Shown here piece by piece: positions 26,468-35,449 of a stretch of DNA of 64,000 nt (the first letter of the stretch is position 1; each line of letters opens with the position of its first letter). Made by a program: the position numbers and the translations under genes. Under the pieces are notes generated by a model. It was not told the DNA's origin, did no database searches, and saw only the letters and a program-made list of their open reading frames with translations. This DNA is from Heteronotia binoei (taxonomy: Eukaryota): NCBI RefSeq assembly GCF_032191835.1, contig NC_083243.1, positions 164,610,001 through 164,674,000 of the forward strand, read 5' to 3'.

Positions 26468-28044
26468 AACCTGACACTGGCTGCGAGTTAAGTCAAGGTT
26501 TGGCAGGGTTGAAACTTGGTACCTGTTCTGAATAAAGTGAGCAGATGCAAAGGAAGGGAAAGCTAAATGCATTTGCATGCTTCTGATTCAGAAGGTCTAG
26601 ACCAGGGGCGTAAAATGTGCAGCCTGTGGGGCAGATCAGGCTTCTGGTGGGCTCCTGTCAGATGCACAAGCAATTCTGCTTCTTTCTCCCTCTCTCTGGC
26701 TTCCATCTGCATCACAGCTTGCTTTGTCAGGATTTTTCAATTGCACAGGAGCTATAGAGCAGAGCCTCTATTTTCTCAATTGGCCGAGGCTCCTCTCTTG
26801 GAGAGGAAGTGGGGCGATGGAGAGCTTGCTTTGATACTGACCACAGTATTTCAAGAGTGCTAATACTTTAAGCATGTTTTATTTTATTTTTAAATCTTTA
26901 ATTGTGTTTGTGTCCTTTAATTGTACCCGACATTACATTTTGTGACACACGTGACTGATCTGACAGGGTCTCATTTATGTTAGATTCAGGGTGAGTTTGA
27001 CACCCGTGGTCTAGACATTTCAGTACATGCTGCCGTTTCAGAGTGTTGAAAGAGAAGGACCAGATGCTGCCTCTTAGCCTTAGCCTCTGGGGCCAGGTGG
27101 GGGGCTTACAAGAGAGTCAGATAGACAGGCAAACTGTGAGTTTCCTTCCTGTTAACTCTTCTGCATTTGTCCCTTTGATGTGTAGACTGATACTCTCAGG
27201 GAATTGCTTCCTTTCTTCCATTGACACCTCTTTCTCCTACACAAAAAAAGGAGTATGTTTGCTCTCAGTTTCTGTACCATGGAGGCAACCTCCATCTGCA
27301 TCCATCCAGAGGTGGTTAGCATAGATTCTATTCCTCTCATCTATCCAATCTAGAATGGAGTTCACTAAATAACTATTCATTTTGAAACTGACAAGTGGCT
27401 CTGTGTAACCGTAACTATGCTAGCATGTGCAGAACAAAGAAGCTCTGCTCCCTGTAGCCTGTAGTGCACTTTACTAAATTGAGACAGGTTCCTGGCTTAC
27501 CATACCAATGAATCTAACACAGAACAGGTGATTTGCCAATAAAGACAGAGCTTTGTTAGGAATCTAGTAAGATAGCTAGTCAGTTTAATTATTGTGCATT
27601 TACAGTGCCACTGAACTATATGCCTTAGTTTTAATAAATTTTCCTGAACATCTTCAATAAAGCCTTCTTTTGCTTTATGGTTTCTTGGGGAGTCACTAAG
27701 ACCAGACTCAGGTATAGCTTGGTATGTCACAGCACCAAGGCAGAGTAAGCCTTGACAAAGACCTCCTCAGCAGAGATGTATTGTGGGATTTCCTCCCCAG
27801 GGAATCTCATCGTGTCTGCTTCATTACAATCTCCCTCACTATTTGTTAACACCTGATTGCCTGTCTGATGGTTGTTGTTCATGCAGAAAATAAAGTGCAA
27901 GAGAGTCATTTGTAATGCGAAGAGCAGTGGGGCCAATGCAAAATTTATATTCATGGTACATACCTGTTTGTAGCAAGAGCTTTAGCAAGTTGCATGTGTG
28001 AAAATACTGCATTTGTTTTCTGATACTCCTGGCTTTGATTGCTG

Positions 28045-28329
28045 GAGAGCCAGTTTGGTGTAGTGGTGAAGTGTGCGGACTCTTATCTGGGAGAACCGGG
28101 TTTGATTCCCCACTCCTCCACTTGCACCTGCTGGCATGGCCTTGGGTCAGCCATAACTCTGGCAGAGGTTGTCCTTGAAAGGGCAGCTGCTGCGAGAGCC
28201 CTCTCCAGCCCCACCCACCTCACAGGGTGTTTGTTGTGGGGGAGGAAGGTAAAGGAGATTGTGAGCCACTCTGAGACTCTTCGGAGTGGAGGGCAGGATA
28301 TAAATCCAATATCATCTTCTTCTTCTTCT
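28045..28329 (+). mobile_element. Squam3-like SINE with (TCT)n tail
   Basis: gagagccagtttggtgtagtgg...gggtttgattccccactcc head; cagccccacccacctcacagggtg core; tcttcttct tail. Confidence 0.88.
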
Positions 28330-28526
28330 CTTGCAAACTAGAGGCTGCTCTGGATCAGTGGTGGCTTCCCGGTGCCCCCCCCCCCCTTGAGAGGGGACTG
28401 GATTGGAGAGTAGGCTGTGTGACAATCCAATAACAGCTCTGCCCAAGGCTAGTCCAGGGGCTGATCATAGCTGGCCAGGCAATCAACCAAGCTCAAAACA
28501 TGGATGGAGGCCACAGCTAAGCTCAT

Positions 28527-28817
28527 GGGCCCTTGGCTCAGAGTGGTAAAGCTGCAGTGCTGCAGTCCAAAGCTCGGCTCACAACCTGAGTTCGATCCCA
28601 GCAGGAAGCTGGGTTCAGGTTGACTCAGCCTTTCATCCTTCCGAGGTCGGTAAAATGAGTACCCAGCTTGCTGGGGGGGGGGGGGAGTGTAGATGACTGG
28701 GGAAGGCAATGGCAAACCACCCCGTAAAAAGTCTGCCATGAAAACATTGTGAAAGCAACGTCACCCCAGAGTTGGAAACGACTGGTGCTTGCACAGGGGA
28801 CTACCTTTACCTTTTTT
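28527..28817 (+). mobile_element. Sauria SINE (Squam1)
   Basis: gagtggtaaagctgcagt...gaggtcggtaaaatgagtacccagc...ggcaatggcaaaccaccc...acaggggactacctttacc tail. Confidence 0.92.
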
Positions 28818-29139
28818 AGCAGGTTTGAAGCAGACACAGCAGCTGCTAATGGTCAGGAGGCATGTCATGGAGGGCAAATGGGAACAGGCCCCTGGGAGCT
28901 GGGCAGCTACCCCAGCATGGAGGCAGGCTCCCTGGGAGGAGTCAAGGCAGTCTTGTGAAGCCTGTGCAAACTGAAGGGAGGACTTTATAAGGAGGAGGAA
29001 GGAGGCCTACAAGGGCATGCCAGACCTTTGCTACTAACCCAGTAAGGAGGAAGGCTGGAGAGGAGGATCAGGGTATTGAGCAAAACCCCTCCCCTCTTAC
29101 TTCTGAGGTCATATGTAGGGCCAGTGCATGGGAGTAGGC

Positions 29140-29279
29140 TACTGGCATTAAAGTTGTGAGCTACTGCATAAATTAGTGTGCTCTGGGGGCATTTTTCCTG
29201 AGCTAAGACAAAAAGGTGTGAGCTGGAGGCTAAAAATCTGTGAGCTAGCTCATGCTAACTCAGTTTAGTGGGAACACTG
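29140..29279. mobile_element. Truncated copy of the hAT MITE at 29709-29897
   Basis: Shares gctactggcattaaagttgtgag...gctagctc...cagtttag.gggaacactg. Confidence 0.75.
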
Positions 29280-29708
29280 ATGCTAAGTAGAGTTACAGGT
29301 TTTAACTCCATTGAGTCCAGTGACCTTATACAGGTGTTACTCTGTTTAGGATGGCACTGCAAAACCATACCTGGATCCCACACTTATCCTTTTTACTGGT
29401 TTGAGGGGACTAGAAAAAATAATCTTGAGGACTAGATGTCACACTAGACAATCCCTAATCAGAGACTACCCTGTTATCTGAAGACTGGTTGATGGGGATG
29501 GGAAGCAGGATTGTCCCTAATGTAATCCTAATCCTTTGTTCTGAATCAGGCATGTAGATTCTATCTCTCCCTTTTCTTGAAGACCTCCAAGGAAGGAGAG
29601 TCAACAATTTCCCCAATCAGATTGCCTCTGTTCTGTTACAAATTGGGAAGCTTTTCCTGATGCTTCATCAAAATATATATCCCCACAGTTTAAAATCTTA
29701 GGCACCAG

Positions 29709-29897
29709 CAATGTTCCCTCTAAACTGTGGAGTCTTGTGTGCAAAAATTCTATTTTGTGAGCTACTGGCATTAAAGTTGTGAGGTACTGGATAACTTAAT
29801 TTGCTCTGGATCACTTAAGCTAAGACAAAAAATGTGTGAGCCAGAGGCTAAAAAACGGTGAGCTAGCTCGTACTAACTCAGTTTAGAGGGAACACTG
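29709..29897. mobile_element. hAT MITE (cagtgttccc-type ends)
   Basis: Ends caatgttccctctaaactg / cagtttagagggaacactg. Perfect 8-bp TSD ggcaccag. Confidence 0.88.
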
Positions 29898-31140
29898 GGC
29901 ACCAGCCATATTTTAGGCAATTAATAGTCCCACCTCTTCTCTTTGAGAACTGTAATATTTTCTCTAGGCTAAATAAACCAGTCTTCCAGATCCCCTCAGT
30001 CTCAGTGTATGTTTACTATCCACATGTATACCCATATAGTACTAATTTTACAGCCATGACTTCTCCATAATCATGACAACTGTAGTTTGGTGAGGATGGA
30101 GCTCATTTGATTTAAGGTTGTTTTGGAAGTTTTCTTAAGTTAATTTATTAAATGTCATTTTGACTTTCTGTGCTCAGACACTTTATTTCCCCTTCTTGTA
30201 ATGTCCATTTTTCTCCTGAATCACTCCCCTATAATCTAAATTGCTGACCATTTAAAATGACATTATTCTGAGTTGTTGTGCTGTTTTTTCATCTCTGCAG
30301 CTGGCAGCATTCATCCTCACACGGGCAGCTGGTAGATGCTGCTGGCGCATGTGCAAAACTTACTGGATTGCTGGCAAAGGCACATATGCCCCATGGGCAG
30401 GGGTAGGGCATGAATCATTTGAACAGATAAATTTTGTTTTTATGTGCTGCTTTTGCATCTACACAGATGTCAACATTTATCATTCATCATCAAACTAGAC
30501 AGCTGGCTGATAGTTGCTGAAGGCTCATGTTCAGAACTGATAGGATAGCTGGCAAAGTCATATATGCCCCCAAGGTTAGGGGTAGGGCATGCTTGACTTA
30601 AATGTTCCCTAAGAATCTGCCTGCAAAACATCAAACAAACACCAAATAATAACAAATGTTAATAATTGTTAGCGTGTGCCAGCTACCAGTCATGGGGCAA
30701 GATGCTATGCATATAACATACAGCAAGCAGCACATAATTGCCTAGGCATTACAATATCCGCACCCCCCCCCCCGCCATAAAGCTACATTTCTCAAGCAGT
30801 AGTGCAAGAATGCACTCGCACAAAATATTTGTGATCCAGTTAAGAAAACAAACAACTGTGTCATACCCAGCCAAAGCTCTGTAGAAGTAATATTTATTTT
30901 ACTGCTGCTGTTTTATGTTGGTATTTTAAATTGCTTATATTGCCTTAATTATCTGTTAGCCATCTCAGCAGCTTTTGCTGGGAAGAGACCAATTATTAAA
31001 ACTGAAAGATATACCATGTAGTAGTAGGTCCTAGGTTTTGGGATGTCCTGCTTATTAAACCAAGAGGTCTTCATTTTATCTGTTTTTTTTCTTTTTTCAA
31101 ACAGTGCAACACTCATTACTTGCTTTTGGTTGGTTCTGTG

Positions 31141-32032
31141 TAGGGCTGCCAACTCCAATTCAAGAAATATCTGGGGACTTTGGGGGTGGAGCCAGGAGAC
31201 ACTGGGGCAGAGCCAGGAACAAGGGTGTGACAAGCATAATTGAACTCCAAGAGAGTTCTGGCCATCACATTTAAAGGGACAGCACACATTTTTAAATGTC
31301 TTCCTTCCATAGGAAATAATGGATAGGGGCACCTTCTTTTGGGGCTCATAGAATTGGACCCCCTGGTCCAATCGTTTTGAAACTTGGGGGGTACTTTGGG
31401 GAGAGGCACTAGATACTATATTGAAAATTTGGTGCCTCTACCTCAGAAAACAGCTCCCCCAGAGCCCCCAAAACCTCTAGAACAATTCCCCATTATACTC
31501 TATGAGAATCGATCTCCACATAGGGAATAATGAAGACGTTTCCCTCTCTCCTCCCCCCCCCCCCCGTTTCTGGTGAGTCTGAAGCAGGGGATTGGCCTCT
31601 CTACTCACCAGTTGCTGCCATCTTCTTCACAGCAACACAGACACACCATCCTAAATTGAAGCCTTTCAAGTCAAGCCTCTGGAGGTGCAAAGGCACATGG
31701 TCCTTTGTGGGCAGGGCGGGACTTCCCCCCCCCCGCCAGCCAGCTGACTGGGGGTGGGAAGCAGCCTGGGAAAACGGAAGAAAGGCTGCTGCAATCGGGG
31801 CTGGGTGGGAAGGGCAAGGAGAAGCTGCTGCGATCCAGGGTGGGGTGGGAAGGGAAGGGACAAGAAGGATCGGTGGGAAGGGAAGGGGCAAGGAGAAGCT
31901 GCTGGGATCGGGGCTGGGTGGGAAGGGCCGCCATTCCCCCCCCCCCCCCCCGCTTTCCGGATTTTTGGCGAGCGGGGGGAGGAGGCTCCAAATCAGGGGT
32001 CTCCCACCCAGGTGGGGGATTTGGGAAACCTA
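31141..32032. mobile_element. Non-autonomous hAT element (tagggttgcca-type ends)
   Basis: Ends tagggctgcca / tgggaaaccta. Perfect 8-bp TSD gttctgtg (31133-31140, 32033-32040). Confidence 0.88.
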
Positions 32033-32164
32033 GTTCTGTGGGTTGCTCATTTATTTTTAGTGTGTTTTAATACAGTTATAATTTTGTTTGGAGAAGATGG
32101 CATTTTAGTGGCTGGTGCAAAGTACTTTGAACGGTGAGGAAAATGCACTAAAATATTTAGCAGC

Positions 32165-32629
32165 AGAAAAGAGCAAGGGTCCAGTAGCACCTTAAAGGCT
32201 AAGGCAGGGGTCCTCAAACTTTTTAAATAGGGGGCCAGTTCACTGTCCCTCAGACTGTTGGAGGGCCGGATTGCCGTTACTGTACAAGGCTGCGGGCCGT
32301 CAGTTCTCCGTCTTCTGCATCTCTCTCCCTTCCCCACACCACACACCCCGGCCTGGGAACTCACCTCACCTCGGTATCGCCTCACACTCTGTCTCCGCCG
32401 CCTCAGCCCAGTGCCGGAAGTGTGCGTTGCTAACGTGAGTTTAGGTCGAACGTCACTTCCGGTCTGATTTTGCCATAACCCGGTGGGCCGCATAAACGTC
32501 CTCAGCGGGCCGCATCTGGCCCGCGGGCCGTAGTTTGAGGACCCCTGGGCTAAGGTGACTCACAAAAGCTCATCCCCTGCCAAAGATTTTGTTAGCCTTT
32601 AAGGTGCTATGGGACACTTGCTCTTTTCT
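32165..32629. mobile_element. Palindromic remnant resembling Penelope-like element termini, interrupted by a hAT MITE
   Basis: agaaaagagcaagggtccagtagcaccttaaaggctaa (32165-32202) and its inverted copy (32592-32629). Assignment to Penelope is from recall of reptile repeats. Confidence 0.5.
32205..32547. mobile_element. hAT (Charlie-type) MITE, 343 bp
   Basis: Perfect 16-bp TIR caggggtcctcaaact. Perfect 8-bp TSD ggctaagg (32197-32204, 32548-32555). Confidence 0.93.
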
Positions 32630-32805
32630 AAATTGCTACTGGACTTTTGCACTTTCCAAATACTGCAGAATAACATGGCTACTACTGATCTTGAGCTTAA
32701 AATATTTTAAATACATAAAATTTAAGTAAATTAGCACACACATATTTGGGTTTATCAGGCTTTGATTTCTTGGCTGATATGATTGAATTTCCAACTAAGT
32801 ATAAT

Positions 32806-32986
32806 CAGGGCTTTTTTTGAGCAGGAATGCACAGAGGGTACCAGAGGGTGTGGCCTAATATGCAAATAAGTGCCTACTGGGTTTTTTCCTACAAAAAAGC
32901 CCTGTGTAAAACAATGGTGATATCAGGGAGTGTGGCCTAATATACAAATGAGCTCCTGCTGGGTCTTTTCTACAAAAAAAGCCTTG
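32806..32986. mobile_element. hAT MITE (cagggcttttt ends) with internal duplication
   Basis: Perfect 8-bp TSD agtataat (32798-32805, 32987-32994). Right-end segment present twice. Confidence 0.85.
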
Positions 32987-33269
32987 AGTATAATTTTTAA
33001 AAAATGATCAGGCCTATGATTAGGGTTGCCAGGTATGACTCAGGAAATATCTGGGGACTTTGGGGGTGGAGTCAGGAGACTGGGGGGTGAAGCAAGGTTG
33101 TGACAAGCATGATTGAACTCTGAAGGGAATTCTGCCCATCACATTTAAAGGGACTGCTTTCCTTTCATTGGAAATAATGGTCCAATCTTTTTGGAACTTG
33201 GGGGAGGGGGGATTGAGGAGAGGCACCAGATGCTATGCTGAAAATTTGGTGCTTCTACTTCAAAAAGCA

Positions 33270-33716
33270 TAAGAGCCCTGTGGCGCAGAATGGTAAAGCT
33301 GCAGTACTGCAGTCCAAAGTTCTGCGAACGACCTGAGTCCAATCCCAGCGGAAGCTGGGTTCAGCTAGCCAGCTCGAGGTTGACTCAGCCTTCCATCTTT
33401 CTGAGGTTGGTAAAAGGAGTACCCAGCTTGCTGGGGGGAAAGTGTAGATGACTGGGGAAGTCAATTGCAAGGAAAGGAAAGGTCCCCTGTGCAAGCACCA
33501 GTCGTTTCCGACTCTGGGGTGATGTTGCTTTCACAAAGTTTTCATGGCAGACTTTTTACGGAGTGGTTTGCCATTGCCTTCCCCAGTCATCTACACTTTC
33601 CCCCCAGTAAGCTGGGTATCACCCCATAAAAGTCTGCCATGAAAACGTTGTGAAAGCAATATCACCCCAGAGTTGGAAACGACTGGTGCTTGTACAGGGG
33701 ACTACCTTTACTTCTT
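33270..33716 (+). mobile_element. Sauria SINE with 14-bp TSD, itself interrupted
   Basis: TSD tacttcaaaaagca at 33256-33269 and 33717-33730. SINE body split at about 33470/33619. Confidence 0.9.
33471..33618 (-). mobile_element. 5'-truncated Sauria SINE inserted in inverted orientation
   Basis: Reverse complement of the SINE 3' half, including its own tail (ggaaaggaaaggtcccctgt). Confidence 0.88.
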
Positions 33717-34018
33717 TACTTCAAAAAGCAACCCCTCCAGAGCCCCAGATATCCATGGATCAATTCTCCATTATACCCTATGGAGACTGGTCTCCATAGG
33801 GAATAATAGAGTGCCCAGCAGGCATTTTCTGGGAAGGCCTCCAAACCAGGGGATCCCCTGCTCCCAACTGCAGATTGGCAAGCCTCTGCATGATACTTTA
33901 ACAACCATGCTGACACAGGTATGGCCTGAAAAGCATAGTACAGTGTTCTTATTGGAAATAAAACATTTCTGGACAGGCCATGGCCTGGATAGGATGGCTC
34001 CTGGGAATCCTAAACTAG

Positions 34019-34284
34019 TACTGTTTTCACACACAGCTTACCTCGCAGTCACAATCCTGTTCCCTCCGCAGCGTCCGGTTGGATTTCCCACCATCTGCGC
34101 CGGAGTTACAGGAAGTGCCTCGGCTTCTGCGTAGCAAATGTAAACTGTGTTTTAGCGGTTTACGTTTGCTATGCAAAAGCCGCGGCACTTCCTGTAATTC
34201 CGGCGCAGATGGTGGGAAATCCAACCGGACGCTGTGGAGGGAACAGGATTGTGACTGCGAGGTAAGCTGTGTGCGAAAACAGGA
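34019..34284. mobile_element. Fully palindromic MITE, 266 bp, 3-bp TSD (Harbinger-like)
   Basis: Ends tactgttttcacacacagcttacc / ggtaagctgtgtgcgaaaacagga. TSD tag at 34016-34018 and 34285-34287. Confidence 0.85.
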
Positions 34285-34668
34285 TAGATGTCTTGAGCTT
34301 CATGGAGGGAAAAAAGGCAAGGATAAAAAAATATAAATCAAGAAGATTAAATTAAGAGAGGGCAAGAGTTCATTATACATTCTGAGAGGACACATGTTCT
34401 TGGACTGAACTCTGACTTTGATATAGATTCTGGACTTTGCGCTATTATAACCTACCTCAAATTAAATCCAGCTAACAAGGTGGCTTTTCCATCTTGAATT
34501 TATATTTTTAGAAGTACCTTTAATTTGTTGCTTCTTGTGCAAATGCTAGAGGAGACTAAAAAAGCTCAGGTTCTCATACAGGGATGTTAGTGCTATAATT
34601 TATGCCTTGGTAATCTCATAGGTAGGCTACGATTAACTTCATTTGGGGCTGCCCTTGAAAAACACTTG

Positions 34669-34955
34669 GGTCGTTTTCGCACTCACCTTCCGCCGGCGCG
34701 ACCCCCCTCTTCACCGCGCAGGATCTGCGCGGATTTCGCACTAAACGCTGCGGAGCAGCCAGAAAAGCCGGAAGCTCCCAGCGCAAAAGCCGCTCAAACT
34801 GAAACCGCCAAAAAGCAGTTTGGCGTTTGCGCGGCTTTTGCGATGGGAGCTTCCGGCTTTTCTGGCTGCTCCACAGCGTTTAGTGCGAAATCCGCGCAGA
34901 TCCTGCGCGGTGAAGAGGGGGGTCGCGCCGGCGGAAGGTGAGTGTGAAAACGACC
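34669..34955. mobile_element. Fully palindromic MITE, 287 bp, 3-bp TSD (Harbinger-like)
   Basis: Ends ggtcgttttcgcactcacc / ggtgagtgtgaaaacgacc. TSD ttg at 34666-34668 and 34956-34958. Closely similar to 7782-8067. Confidence 0.87.
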
Positions 34956-35038
34956 TTGGTGATTTCAGATATTATAGAATGGCTGGGTGGAAGGATGTAT
35001 AACATTCAATTTGCTTGCACATCTGTATTGGTTCCTAC

Positions 35039-35449
35039 CAGGGGTCATTTTGTAGAAAAATGTGGCGGAGCTCATTAGCATAACTCATCAGCATATGCCC
35101 TGCCCAGCCAAAAGCAACCCAGTGCAAAAAAGGAGAACCCCAGGCAAGTGAGGCCTGATTGGGCTGGCTAGAGATCCATGTGTAGGTTAAAAGGCCAGCA
35201 AGCCACCCGCTGCCCAAAATCACATAAGAAATGGAGAGAAGGTGGTGTGGGCTTCTCCAGGAGTTAATGAGGGCTGCTGGGGGGTGGCAAAAACCCTGGT
35301 GGCTGGCTGGCTGCCCTCTCTCCTAATCCAGGGATTGTTATGCAGCTGCACCTACTATTCAATGGACAAGGTAGGTGGGGAGGAAGAGGGGGGACCCTCA
35401 GAAAGGTTCAGGAGCTATGCTCCTGTGAGCTCCTGCTGAATCAGGCCTG
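35039..35449. mobile_element. hAT MITE
   Basis: Ends cagggg / ggcctg. Perfect 8-bp TSD gttcctac (35031-35038, 35450-35457). Confidence 0.8.

Larger units (their letters stand above)
33021..33886. mobile_element. hAT element of the same family as 31141-32032, host of nested SINEs
   Basis: Ends tagggttgcca / tggcaagcctc. Body alignable to 31141-31530. Flanks cctatgat / tgcatgat (5/8). Confidence 0.8.

Noticed and set aside
27497-27960. Two abutting minus-strand ORFs with nearby donors
   Set aside because: Weak acceptor, stops in all frames across the span, no homology recognised.
28045-28120. tRNA gene (also the heads at 20400-20450 and 33270-33345)
   Set aside because: A/B boxes run into SINE bodies and tails; no complete cloverleaf.
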